A stretch of 64,000 nucleotides of DNA from an uncultured Acidobacteriaceae bacterium (GTDB taxonomy: Bacteria > Acidobacteriota > Terriglobia > Terriglobales > Acidobacteriaceae): positions 14,785-78,784 of the forward strand of contig CAWJQD010000003.1 in assembly GCA_963844905.1 (NCBI GenBank), read 5' to 3'. Under the pieces are notes generated by a model, which was given only the letters and a program-made list of their open reading frames with translations, did no database searches and was not told the origin of the DNA. Positions 17,806 through 28,790 of the stretch are shown piece by piece (the first letter of the stretch is position 1; each line of letters begins with the position of its first letter). Position numbers and translations under genes: made by a program.

Positions 17806-19626
17806 ATGCATCGTTGGTCGAAACTGTTTATCCCTACTCTGCGCGAGGCCCCGGCGGACGCCGAAGTGGCCAGCCACAAGTTTCTCGTCCGCGCCGGCTA
17901 TATTCGACAGCTTGGCGCTGGCATCTACAACTACATCTTCCTCGGCCAGCGCTCACTGAACAAGATCGTCGCCATCGTGCGCGAGGAGATGGACAAGATC
18001 GGCCAGGAGTTCTATCTGCCGGGCATTCTCCCCAAGGAGCCATGGGCCGAGAGCGGCCGCTGGACAACGATAGGCGACAACATGTTCCGGCTCAAGGACC
18101 GCAAGGGAGCCGACTTCTGCCTGGGCTTTACGCACGAAGAGATCATGACCACCATAGCGCGCGGCGAACTCCGTAGTTACAAGCAGTTGCCGCAGATCTG
18201 GTACCAGATCCAGACCAAGTTCCGCGACGAGCCGCGGCCCAAGTCGGGTCTCCTGCGCGTGCGCCAGTTCATCATGAAAGACAGCTATTCCTTCGACATC
18301 GACAAGGCCGGCCTCGACCGCAGCTTCGACGAGCACGACCGCGTTTATCGCGCCATCTTCACCCGCTGTGGGCTCAACTTCGTTGCCGTCGAAGCCGATT
18401 CCGGGGCCATGGGCGGCTCGCAGTCGCAGGAATTCATGGTCTACTCCGATGCCGGCGAGGACCTGATCGCCAGCTGCCCGGTCTGCGGCTACGCGGCGAA
18501 TCTCGAGAAGGCCGTTTCACGGCTTGACCCTTTGGTCGAGATGGAGCCCAGTGGGGACGGCAAGCCGGAGCTCGTGCGCACGCCGGGGTGCGCGGCCATC
18601 GCCGATGTGGCCGCGTTTTTCAAAATCTCTCCGGCGTCCGATATCAAGTGCGTCGCCTACATGGCCAAGCGCGGCTTTACCGGCGATGGCAAGGAGATAT
18701 GGCTGCCCGTCGCGGCATTTCTGCGCGGCGACCACTCCGTCAATGAAACCAAATTGCTTGGACTCATCGGCGCCGGCGAATTGCGTCCTATGCAGGCCGA
18801 AGAATTGGAAAAGTACTTCCATGGTCCCGCTGGCTATTTGGGGCCGGTTGGTCTGGCCCCCAAAGAAGTCGTGAATGCCGGCGGCTCGCCTCTGGCATTT
18901 TCAGGAAATGGGGATCTTGTCGTCATCGTCGACCGCTCGCTCGAAGGCCGCAGGAACATGGTCTGCGGCGCCAACAAGCCCGACTACCACTTGCGCAACG
19001 TGACCCCCGGCCGCGACTTCGGCTGGACCCTCGCCGCCGATATCCGCAGCGTGAACGAAGGCGAGGGCTGCCCGAAGGAAAACTGCGCCGGCAGGCTCGC
19101 CGTCGGCAAAGCCGTCGAAGTCGGTCACATCTTCAAGCTCGGCTACAAGTACTCCGAGTCGATGGGCGCGCGCGTCCTCGACGAGAACGGGAAAGAAGTG
19201 ACGCCGATCATGGGCAGCTATGGCATCGGCATCGAGCGCATCTTGACCGCGGCCATCGAGCAGTCGAACGACGCCAACGGCTTCTGGCTGCCGGCTTCTA
19301 TCGCGCCCTTCACCGTGGTCGTCACCATCACAAACGTAGCCGACCAATTGCTTCGCTCGACCGGCGAAAGGCTCGCAGCCGATCTCGAATCCGCCAGCCT
19401 CGATGTGCTTCTCGATGACCGCGACGTGCGCGCGGGCGTCAAATTCAAGGATGCGGACTTGGTAGGCATTCCCTACCGCATCAACGTGGGCAAAAAGGCC
19501 GCCGCGGGCCAGGTGGAACTGGTGACACGCGCCACGAGCGCCAGCGTGGATGTACCCTTGAGCGAAGTGGTCGCGCTGGTCAGGAAGCGCGTCGAGGAAG
19601 AATTGCTGCTGGAAGCCAGCTTTTAG
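17806..19626 (+). CDS. proS: Proline--tRNA ligase (bacterial type with INS editing domain)
   Basis: [33 protein letters not shown] and [10 protein letters not shown]; ATG at 17806. Confidence 0.97.
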   Translation: MHRWSKLFIPTLREAPADAEVASHKFLVRAGYIRQLGAGIYNYIFLGQRSLNKIVAIVREEMDKIGQEFYLPGILPKEPWAESGRWTTIGDNMFRLKDRKGADFCLGFTHEEIMTTIARGELRSYKQLPQIWYQIQTKFRDEPRPKSGLLRVRQFIMKDSYSFDIDKAGLDRSFDEHDRVYRAIFTRCGLNFVAVEADSGAMGGSQSQEFMVYSDAGEDLIASCPVCGYAANLEKAVSRLDPLVEMEPSGDGKPELVRTPGCAAIADVAAFFKISPASDIKCVAYMAKRGFTGDGKEIWLPVAAFLRGDHSVNETKLLGLIGAGELRPMQAEELEKYFHGPAGYLGPVGLAPKEVVNAGGSPLAFSGNGDLVVIVDRSLEGRRNMVCGANKPDYHLRNVTPGRDFGWTLAADIRSVNEGEGCPKENCAGRLAVGKAVEVGHIFKLGYKYSESMGARVLDENGKEVTPIMGSYGIGIERILTAAIEQSNDANGFWLPASIAPFTVVVTITNVADQLLRSTGERLAADLESASLDVLLDDRDVRAGVKFKDADLVGIPYRINVGKKAAAGQVELVTRATSASVDVPLSEVVALVRKRVEEELLLEASF

Positions 19627-19732
19627 CCTGTTTTGAGAGACACTTGGTACTTTTTCCCACCGTAGCAACTCTTAGGACGGACGAGCTAAAGGCTGGAAGC
19701 TAAGAGCTGGAAGCTGTTTTTCAGGAGCAGCG

Positions 19733-22126
19733 ATGGCGTTACGAATCCGATTCGCGAAGCCCGCACCGGTGCATCACCTGAAGTTGCGGATTCTGATCGC
19801 TCTGCTCGCGGCCTGCGCCGTCCTTGCTGTGGCGGGCGCCTCTGTCTTCGCCTGGTTCTACGTCAAATACCAAGGCATCGTGGACGCGCGGCTCAAGCAG
19901 CCGATCTTCGCCAACACCGCCAAAATCTACGCCGCGCCGCGCGAGGTCCGTCCCGGACAAAAGCTGACCGTCCACTGGATCGCGGATGAACTCCGCGAGG
20001 CCGGCTACACCGGCGACGGCGCCCCGCAACCCTCTCCGCTGGGAACCTTCAGCGAAGGCGTCCAGCAAATTACGGCGCAGCCTGGCCCGCAGTCCTACCA
20101 CGCGCCCGATAGCGCCACCATTCACGTCAGCAGCGGCGTGGTCGACTCGATCACCGACGCAAAAGGCCAGCAGCTTTCCAGCTACGAGCTCGAACCCCTG
20201 CTCATCACTGGCCTGAGCGAGAGTGCAAACCGCATCAAGCGCCGTCTGCTCACCTACGAAGAGATCCCGCCGAATCTGGTTCAGGCGGTCATCGCCATTG
20301 AAGACCGCCGCTTCTTCGAGCACGGCGGCATCGATTATGTTCGCATCCTGGGCGCGCTGCGCAACGATATCTTCCACCTTCATCGTTACGAGGAAGGCGC
20401 TTCCACTCTTACCCAGCAGTTGGCGCGCGGATTCTTCCTCACTCCTGAGCGCACCTATTCGCGCAAAGCGCGCGAAGCCGTCATCAGCATCATCCTCGAG
20501 CACCGCTTCACCAAGCAGCAGATCTTCGCCATGTACGCCAACGAGATCAATCTCGGACAGCGTGGCAGCTTCTCCATCGACGGCTTCGGCGAGGCGGCGC
20601 AGGCTTATTTCGGCAAAGATGTGCGCCAGCTCGACCTGGCGGAGTGCGCGCTGCTCGCCGGGCTCATCCAAAGCCCCAATTACCTCAATCCCTTCCGTCA
20701 TCCCAATCGCGCCATCGATCGCCGCAACCTGGTGCTCGATTCCATGGTCGACACCGGCGCCATCACCAAGGAACAGGCTGAAGCCGCGAAGGCCGAGCCG
20801 CTGCACCTTGTGGCTGCCAGCGTGGACGAAAGCGAGGCGCCCTACTTCGTCGATTTGGTTCACGATCAGCTCACGCAAAGACTTGGCGATCGCGACTTCA
20901 ACCGCGAGGGTTTGCGCATTTACACCTCCCTCGATCCCGATCTGCAGCGCCTGGCGACACAGGCGGTGAACCAGACGATTCACGTGGTGGACGCGCAGGT
21001 GGACAAGCTCCACGCCCGCGACCGGAAGCTCGGCAAGCCGTATATCTATCCGCAAGTGGCGCTGGTTGCGCTCGACCCTCACACCGGCCAGGTGCTGGCT
21101 CTCGTGGGAGGGCGCAGCTACGGCACGTCGCAGTTGAACCACGCCGTGGCCGATAGGCCCACCGGCTCCATCTTCAAACCGTTTGTTTATGCCACCGCGT
21201 TTCAAACCGCCGTTGAGGGCACCCTCCTGCCGGGTCAGACAAAGCTGTTTTCGCCCGTAACCATGCTGAACGACGCGCAAACCACATACGGCGAAGGAAC
21301 TCCCTATGAGTACACGCCGCGCAACTTTGAAAATGAGTATTACGGCGTGATCATTGCCCGTTACGCGCTCATGCGCTCGGACAACAACGCCACCATCGGG
21401 CTGGCCAGCATGGTGGGCTTCGATCGCGTGGCTGCACTGGCTCGCGACGCGGGCATCAAGAATGCGCAGGGCACGCCTTCGATGGCGATTGGCTCCTACG
21501 ACGCTACGCCCCTCGAGATGGCCGGCGCATATACCTCCTTCTCCAATGGCGGCCTGCACATCGATCCCTGGATGCTGGCCAGCGTGCGCACAGCCACCGG
21601 CGACATCATCGACGACTACTCGCCGGTCACCCGTCAGGTGCTCGATCCGCGCGTGGCCTTTCTTACCACTTACATGATGGAATCCGTGTTGCAAGACGAT
21701 GGAACCGGCGCCGGCGTGCGCAACATGGGATTCACCGCTCCGGCCGCGGGCAAGACCGGGACCAGCCATGACGCGTGGTTCGCCGGCTTCACCAGCAGCC
21801 TGCTCTGCGTCGTGTGGGTGGGCAACGACGACTACACCGACATCGACCTTCAGGGCGCGCATGCCGCCGCCCCCATCTGGGCCGATTTCATGAAGCAGGC
21901 AATCCTGCTGCCGCAGTACTCCGACACCAACGAATTCACGCCGCCGGAAGGCGTGCAAATTGTCACCCTCGACAAGAACACCAACCTGCTGGCCGACGCA
22001 GCCTGTCCCGACGATTACACCGCGGCCTTTCTCGACGGCACCGCGCCCACCGACACCTGCGACCACCCCGCCGACCACCGCAACATCCTGCAAAAAATCT
22101 TTGGCCTGGGCAAACCGGGGAACTGA
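19733..22126 (+). CDS. Class A penicillin-binding protein (transglycosylase/transpeptidase, PBP1A/1B type)
   Basis: EDRRFFEH, GASTLTQQL, SIFK (SxxK), SDN (SxN) and KTG motifs. Confidence 0.93.
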   Translation: MALRIRFAKPAPVHHLKLRILIALLAACAVLAVAGASVFAWFYVKYQGIVDARLKQPIFANTAKIYAAPREVRPGQKLTVHWIADELREAGYTGDGAPQPSPLGTFSEGVQQITAQPGPQSYHAPDSATIHVSSGVVDSITDAKGQQLSSYELEPLLITGLSESANRIKRRLLTYEEIPPNLVQAVIAIEDRRFFEHGGIDYVRILGALRNDIFHLHRYEEGASTLTQQLARGFFLTPERTYSRKAREAVISIILEHRFTKQQIFAMYANEINLGQRGSFSIDGFGEAAQAYFGKDVRQLDLAECALLAGLIQSPNYLNPFRHPNRAIDRRNLVLDSMVDTGAITKEQAEAAKAEPLHLVAASVDESEAPYFVDLVHDQLTQRLGDRDFNREGLRIYTSLDPDLQRLATQAVNQTIHVVDAQVDKLHARDRKLGKPYIYPQVALVALDPHTGQVLALVGGRSYGTSQLNHAVADRPTGSIFKPFVYATAFQTAVEGTLLPGQTKLFSPVTMLNDAQTTYGEGTPYEYTPRNFENEYYGVIIARYALMRSDNNATIGLASMVGFDRVAALARDAGIKNAQGTPSMAIGSYDATPLEMAGAYTSFSNGGLHIDPWMLASVRTATGDIIDDYSPVTRQVLDPRVAFLTTYMMESVLQDDGTGAGVRNMGFTAPAAGKTGTSHDAWFAGFTSSLLCVVWVGNDDYTDIDLQGAHAAAPIWADFMKQAILLPQYSDTNEFTPPEGVQIVTLDKNTNLLADAACPDDYTAAFLDGTAPTDTCDHPADHRNILQKIFGLGKPGN

Positions 22127-22179
22127 TTTTGCGCTCGCACGCGCTCGGCGGGTTTAGCCGTTTGTCCTACGGCCGTGAT

Positions 22180-22608
22180 TCACCCATCTTGGACGATGCG
22201 AAAAGACGCCGTGATCGGCGTTGCGCCTTTGAGCATGTTCCACACAGGACAGAGCTGCTCTTCAGATGCTTTGAGGGACTTTTCGACGGCTTCGGGAGCC
22301 ACAGAGCCCCGCACGACGAATTCCAGAGATATTTTGGTGAGGACAGTAGGGTGCTCCGCGCGCCGCAAGCCTCGGGCATAGACATCGAGGCCGCTCACAG
22401 GCTGATTCAACTTGACCTTCAAGAGCGCCAGGACACTGTTTGCGGCGCAGGTCGCCAGGCTGGAGAGTAGTAGTTCCAGACTAGTGAGGCCCTCGGTCCG
22501 CGCTCCTGCCGGTAGAGGATAATCGGTGAGAACCTGGTGGTTGCCGCTTTCGGCAAGGACACGCATTCCGCCCAGGTGGACGGCATGAACAGATAGTTCG
22601 TTCGTCAT
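22180..22608 (-). CDS. OsmC/Ohr family protein
   Basis: ELLLSSLATC and EQLCPV conserved cysteines. Confidence 0.85.
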   Translation of the reverse strand: MTNELSVHAVHLGGMRVLAESGNHQVLTDYPLPAGARTEGLTSLELLLSSLATCAANSVLALLKVKLNQPVSGLDVYARGLRRAEHPTVLTKISLEFVVRGSVAPEAVEKSLKASEEQLCPVWNMLKGATPITASFRIVQDG

Positions 22609-22681
22609 TTGGAGTTCTCTTCGGAGTTATTGCTAATGATTATAGGCAGCTCAGAGAAGGAGACGCGGTGTTGCCATGCCA

Positions 22682-23539
22682 TCAGCCGTCCACGTCGCTG
22701 CCGTCGGGCATCGGCTGGCAGCGCGCGCACCAGAACGTCACGCGCGCATCCGAGCCCTGCGCGCGGCGGCGAATCGGCTCTCCGCAGCGCCGGCACGGCT
22801 CGCCGGCCCGTCCATAGACCCACAAGCTGGCGCCGGGATCGGATGCGTGCGTGGTGCGCCGTTGCTGCCCGCGATAGGTCACGATGCTGTCGACGGAGTC
22901 TTCGAGCACATTGGCCCGCAGCAATTGCCGTGCGCTGGCGATCGCCGCCGCCGCTTCGCCGCGCTTGAGCGTCTTGACCCTGCGAAACGGGTTGAGCGCG
23001 TTGACAAAACAGATCTCCGATTTGAACACATTGCCCACGCCCGCCAGCACCGCCTGATCGAGCAGCACATCCGCGATAGCTTCGCCGTGCCGCGCCATCA
23101 GTCTCTCCAGCGCAGCTTCGCGGTCAAATTCAGCGCTCAGCAGGTCGTTTTCCGCGCGAGCGATGTGCAGATCGCGTTCCAGTGTCTGCGCTGTGTGCAT
23201 ACGCGCCACGGGCACGCGAAAGCCCACCGCCTGGTACTGGCTGTTCTCGATCGCGATGCGCATGTGGATCCGCGCAAGCTGCCAGCGCTCGCCCTGCCGG
23301 TAGATATGCCAGCGGCCGTTCATCAGCAAATGCGAAGCCAGAATGCCGCCGCCGGAAAACGAGATCAGCAGCCATTTGCCGCGCGCTTCGACGCGATCGA
23401 CCGTCTGCCCGATGAGCGGCGTATCGTCGTTGAATCTCGCCAGCCATGGGAAGGTGGAACGAAAGCCGGTCACCGGCTTGCCCACCAGTGCGCGGCCCAG
23501 GTTGCGCGCGGTGCGAAAGATGGTATCGCCTTCGGGCAT
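22682..23539 (-). CDS. nei: Fpg/Nei family DNA glycosylase (Nei-like)
   Basis: N-terminal MPEGD, RGKWLL, LDQ...AGVGNVFKSE and the zinc finger CRRC...CARC; directly downstream of lhr. Confidence 0.9.
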   Translation of the reverse strand: MPEGDTIFRTARNLGRALVGKPVTGFRSTFPWLARFNDDTPLIGQTVDRVEARGKWLLISFSGGGILASHLLMNGRWHIYRQGERWQLARIHMRIAIENSQYQAVGFRVPVARMHTAQTLERDLHIARAENDLLSAEFDREAALERLMARHGEAIADVLLDQAVLAGVGNVFKSEICFVNALNPFRRVKTLKRGEAAAAIASARQLLRANVLEDSVDSIVTYRGQQRRTTHASDPGASLWVYGRAGEPCRRCGEPIRRRAQGSDARVTFWCARCQPMPDGSDVDG

Positions 23540-23542
23540 GGG

Positions 23543-26500
23543 TTATTGCACGTCTCCGGCGTGTGCGTCGCGTGCATGCTGCCCCAACGGCAGCGGAATG
23601 CGCCGCAGGTGCATCCCCAGCGGACCGGGATGAAAGCCCGCATCCATGAGGAAGCGCGCCATGAAATGCGCCGCCACCGGCTGGCCGTTGATGGTCGTGA
23701 TCAGCACGCCTTCATGGCTGTTCGCTCGCATCCTCTCCTGCCCGCGCGAGCAGAGAAAATGCGCCAGCCCCGCTGCTGCTTGCGACCGCTCCGGCTCTTC
23801 GGCAGGCAAAAAGATCAGCAGGTTGGGATTGCCGCGACGCAGCCACGCCACCAATTGGCCGTTGCGCAAAATGACCTCCGCATAGGCCGCGCGCGTCAAT
23901 ACGCGCGGCGCGCTCTCCGTATCCTCCTCGGCCACCGGAAGATCGGGCCAGCGCAGCACCGAGCCATACGGATTGGCGGGGTCGGCCGCGGCCAACTGCA
24001 CAAATTCCGGCTTTTCCGCCGGAGGCTCGGTCCGCAACTGCCGCAGCAGGTCCACCGCAGCCGACAGTGCAAACTGCGTGGCGCCTAATCCGCCTACAAA
24101 ATAGCCACGGCGAATCCGCCCGCTCTCTTCGAGCGCCTTCAGCACGTCATACACCGCGCTGAATCCGCCGGGCACGTTTTCCGCCGCCACTTGCTCGCGC
24201 AACAGCACGCCGTAGCGGTGGAGCAACTGCAGCGCGAGAGCGTGGCTGCGATGAGTAGTTGTTGCCTCACCGCTTTTGTTCAGGAAGGCTGCTGCATGCA
24301 ATGCCCAGCGCCCTTGCGCGGTGGGCGGCGTGGTGCGGCGCGAACGGAAGACCACGCCTGTCTGGTAGCGGCGCGGCGTTCGCGCGCTCTCGGGCTTCGC
24401 GATATAGGCGCGCAATGCGTGCAGCGAGTCGTTGGTGATCAGCCCGCGCCACACCAGGCTCCAAAGTGCATCCATCGTCTCGCCGGGATAGCCGCCGCCC
24501 GCGGCCTGGTGCAGCGGTTCGAAGAAGCTCGCGCCCGTCGACCCCAGCACGGCAACCAACTTTTCCTCGCGCTCCGTCAGCGGTTCCAAAAGCGGCCGTT
24601 GTTGGGCCAGCAGCGGCAACTTGTCCGCGAGAAACAGCGCGATGCGCCCATCGCGCTCGCCGATCGGCTCGACCCCGGCCCACGCCACCTCGCCCGCAGC
24701 GATCAGCGTGTCGAGCCCCGCCGGTGTGTAATCGGCAATGCGCGCCGGCAGAATCGAAGTCTCCAGCAGCGAAGCGGGCAAGGGCGCGCCTTGCAGAGAT
24801 TCAATCGCGTCAAGCAGTGCATCCAAATGCGCTGATCCGGTTCGGCGCGGCGCCAGCAGGCCCTGCCAGTGGGTGAGGAAGCGCGCCAGCGTGTGCTGCT
24901 CCACCGGCTCGACCTCGCGGCGCAGCCTGGCCAGCGACTTTCTTCGGATTTGCCGCAGAATCTCCGCGTCGCACCACTCACGGTGAAGGCCGGCGGGACG
25001 GAAACCGCCTTCGAGCACGCGGCCTTCCTGCGCAAGCTGCCGCAGCGCTCCCTCTACCGCGCTCGCGTCAAGCGCAAATCGATCCGCGGCCTCGCGCAGC
25101 GTAAACGGTCCGTGCGTGCGCGCGTAACGCCGCACCAGCTCTAGCACCGGATGCGCCACCGGTTCCAACAGCGCAGCCGCCAATCCCGGCGGCAGCGGAA
25201 TCCCTAGCCCGTCGCGGTACCGCGCGGCGTCTTCTGCGGCAATCAACCGCTTCTCGCCGGCAATGTGCAACTCCAGCAACCGCCGTGAGCGGATAAGCCG
25301 GTCGACATGCGTCAGCAATTCCGCCGAAATCACGCGCCGGCTCAGCTCCTCGCGCGTCAGATCGCCCAGCCGCAGGCACAGATCGTGAATTCCATCGGCT
25401 GACCGCGCGCGGTAATTCTCCGCTAGGCACTGTGCCGCCCCCTCGACCTCCGCAATGGCATCGGCGTCGAGCAGCTCGCGCAGATCGGCTTCGCCCAGCA
25501 GCTCGCGCAACTGCTCCTGATCGATGGTGAGCGCCTGTGCGCGGCGCTCGGCCAGCGGCGCGTCGCCTTCGTACACAAAATTTGCCACGTAGCTGAACAG
25601 CAGCGATGACGCAAACGGCGAAGGCTTGTGCGTTTCCGCCACGTGCACGCGCACCTGCCGCTGCTCGATGGCGCGCAGCGTCTCAATCAGCGCCGGCATG
25701 TCGAACACGTCGCGCAGGCACTCCCGATAGGCTTCCAGCAGCAGCGGAAACTTGGGATAGCGCGAGGCCACGCTGAGCAAATCGTAAGACCGCTTGCGCA
25801 ACTGCCACAGCGGCGAGCGTTGGTCGGCGCGGCGCCGCGGCAGCAGCAGCGCGCGGCCCGCCGCCTCGCGAAAGCGCCCGGCAAACAGCGCCGTCGATCC
25901 CAACTGGCGCAGCACAAGCTGCATGGCCTCGGCCGATTCCACCAGAATCCAATCCGCATCGGGCGGCTCTTCCGTGTCAGGAAAACGCAGCACAAAGCCG
26001 TCGTCGCCCCACAGCGTTTCCACCTCAGGCCCGCCTGCGCCGCGGATGCGCGCGCTCACCGCCATCGCCCAGGGAATGTGGATGCGGCTGCCGAAGGGCG
26101 TCAGCACGCAGATGCGCCAATCGCCCAGCTCGTCGCGGCAGCGCTCCACCACGATCGTCCGGTCGTCCGGAACCTGGCCCGTCGCATCGGCTTGGTCGGC
26201 GAGAAAACGCAGCAAATTCTCCGCGGCTCCGGGATCGAGATCATGCTCGTTGACGAGGCGCGTGAGGGCCGCCGCTTGCGGCAGCGCGCGCAGCTCGCGC
26301 ACCATGGCGCCGATGCGCCGGCCGAATTCGAGCGGGCGTCCCGGTCCGTCGCCTTTCCAGAACGGCATCTTGCCCGGCTCGCCGGGCGCGGGCGTCACCA
26401 GCACGCGGTCGTGCGTGATGTCCGTGATGCGCCATGTCGACGCGCCAAGAACAAACGTCTCGTTAGGGTGCGACTCGAAGACCATCTCTTCGTCGAGCTC

Positions 26501-28617
26501 GCCCACGCGCACCGCCTTGCCCTCGGTGAAGGCGAGGAAGACGCCGTAAAGGCCGCGATCGGGGATCGTCCCGGCGTTCAGAATCGCCAGCCGCGCCGCG
26601 CCGTCGCGCGCCGTCACCACGTTGCGCACGCGGTCCCACGTCAGCCGCGGCCGCAGCTCGGCGAACTCGTCGGAGGGGTAGCGCCCGCTCAACAGGTCGA
26701 GCACGCCCTCGAAGGCCGAGCGCGAAAGCGACGCGAACGGCGCCGCCCCACGCACCAGGTCGAAGAGAAAATCGACAGAGACTTCAGGATGAGCGGGGTC
26801 AGCGGGGCTTGCGGAGTTCGTGCTCTTCCAGGTCTCAAAATCGAGACCTGGGGTGCCCGCAGCGGCTACCTCTGCGGCAGTTTGCTTGTTCCCTCGTTCC
26901 CTCGTTCCCTTGTTCCCTGTCTTCCGCGCCGCCGCCACAATCGCCACCAATTGCTGCGCCAGCACGTCCAGCGGATTGCGCGGAAACCGCGTCGATTCGA
27001 TCTGTCCCTCGTGCATGGCGCGTGTCACCGCAGCGCAGGCCACCAGATCGGCGCGATACTTGGGAAAGATCACGCCTTCGCTGACCGCGTCCACGTGATG
27101 CCCGGCGCGCCCGATGCGCTGCATCCCGCTGGCCACCGACGGCGGCGACTCAATCTGGATCACGAGATCCACTGCGCCCATGTCGATGCCCAGCTCCAGC
27201 GTCGAAGTCGCGCACAGCGCGCGAATCTGCCCGGCCTTCAGTTGCTCTTCGATCACCGCGCGCTGCGCTGCCGCCAACGAACCGTGATGTGCGCGCGCAA
27301 TGGGCTCTCCGGCCAGGTCGTTCAGCGCCCCGGCCAGCCGCTCGGCAGTCTGCCGCGCGTTTACAAACAAAATCGTCGAGTTGCGCTCGCGGATGATTTC
27401 GAGCAGCCGGGGATGGATCGCATTCCAGATCGAGACGCGCCGCGGCGTCTGCGAGGCCGGGCCGGAGGGGATCTCCTCCATCTCGCCCAGCCGCGCCATG
27501 TCTTCCACCGGAACCTCGATGCGCAGCTTGAGCCACTTTGGCGCGGCGGCATTCACAATGGTGACGGGACGGTAGCGCAGAGCAGCGGCATCGTCAACGC
27601 CGCCCAATTCAGCGCTGTCATCCTGAGCGACCGGAGCGGAAGCGGAGGGAGTCGAAAGCCTGCCCTGAGCGGAGATCGCGAAAGCGATCGCAGACGAATG
27701 GGGATCTGCGGTTGCTCTTAAGCAGCCTTGCGAAGGCGCACGGCCCTCCACTGAAGGCAAAGCCGTCGGATCGCGCCTCGCCAGTTCCTCTGACGCCAAC
27801 TGACTTGCTGACTTGCCGGCTTGCTGACTCGCTGACTCGCCTTTCAACCCTCGCTCAATCTCAATGCCCCCAAGAAACCGCGCCACTTCTTCCAGCGGCC
27901 GCTGCGTAGCCGAGAGGCCAATGCGCTGCAGCGGCTTTGCCGTCAGCGCCTGCAGTCGCTCCAGCGTCAGCGCCAGATGCGCGCCGCGCTTCGTGGGCAC
28001 CAGCGCGTGAATCTCGTCCACTATCACGGTGTCTACGGTGCGCAGCGCCTCGGCCGCCTGCGAGGTCAGCAGCAAATACAGCGACTCCGGCGTGGTGATG
28101 AGAATCTCGGCGGGATGCCGCGCGAACCGTGCCCGCTCCCGCTGCGGCGTGTCGCCGGTGCGCACGCTGATCAGCGGTTCATGGAACTCGACCCTCATGC
28201 GCCGCGCCATCTGGCCATTCCGGCCAAAGGCGAGCGCAGGTTCCGTTCCACGTCCACCGCCAGCGCTTTCAGCGGCGAAACGTAAACGATCCGGCAGCCC
28301 CGCTGTTCGTCCCCAGTCTTCTGACCCCTGATCTCCGTTCCCTGATCCCTGTTTTCTCGTTCCCTGGGTCCCTGGGTCCCTTGGTCCCTGTTTTCCAGCA
28401 TCAGCCGGTCCAGGCACCACAAGAACGCGGCCAGCGTTTTGCCGGTGCCCGTCGGCGCCAGGATCAGCGCATTCTCGCCGCGCGCAATCACCGGCCAGCC
28501 CATCCGCTGCGGCGCAGTCGGCTCGTCAAAGACAGCCTTGAACCACGCCGCAGTCACCGGGTGAAAGCAGGCAAACGGATCGGAGATTTCCAACGGATTT
28601 GACGGGTGAGGAGGCAT
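23543..28617 (-). CDS. lhr: Lhr superfamily 2 helicase (long form), with a 1-nt frameshift near 28212 (sequence error or pseudogene)
   Basis: The N-terminal ORF 28195-28617 carries APTGTGKT and YVSPLKAL. The other frame continues with RTGDT, DEIH, SAT, LELGIDMG, QRIGRAGH and the long Lhr C-terminal domains. Confidence 0.9.
26813..26860 (-). repeat. REP-like palindrome, family A, inside the lhr CDS (in frame)
   Basis: Reverse complement gcgggcaccccaggtctcgattttgagacctggaagagcacgaactcc encodes GTPGLDFETWKSTNS and resembles the intergenic copy at 8066. Confidence 0.75.
27616..27718 (+). repeat. GTCATCCTGAGC-type palindromic element (family B) inside the lhr CDS
   Basis: Shares the identical 31-mer gtcgaaagcctgccctgagcggagatcgcga and both ends with the intergenic copy at 63882-63990. 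Confidence 0.85.
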
Positions 28618-28732
28618 ACTGCTCTATCGAGAGTAACGCAACCGGCATGGCGAATACAAAGCGAATAGATCTCGATCAATGCAGAGAATGAATCGCCCCG
28701 GACTCACCACGGTGATTTGCCGCCGGTTCCCG

Positions 28733-28790
28733 TTTCCTACTTCCTGTTCCCTATTCCCTATTCCCTATTCCCTATTCCCTATTCCCTGCC
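28733..28790. repeat. Heptamer tandem repeat (TTCCCTA)n at the 3' end of the YihY gene
   Basis: ttccctattccctattccctattccctattccctattccctg is preceded by degenerate units. Confidence 0.9.

Noticed and set aside
28195-28230. Programmed ribosomal frameshift in lhr
   Set aside because: No slippery sequence or stimulatory structure; a simple 1-nt loss explains it.
28733-28790. Tandem repeats (heptamers here, 21-mers at 7713) as a CRISPR array
   Set aside because: No unique spacers, wrong unit size, and no cas genes in the window.
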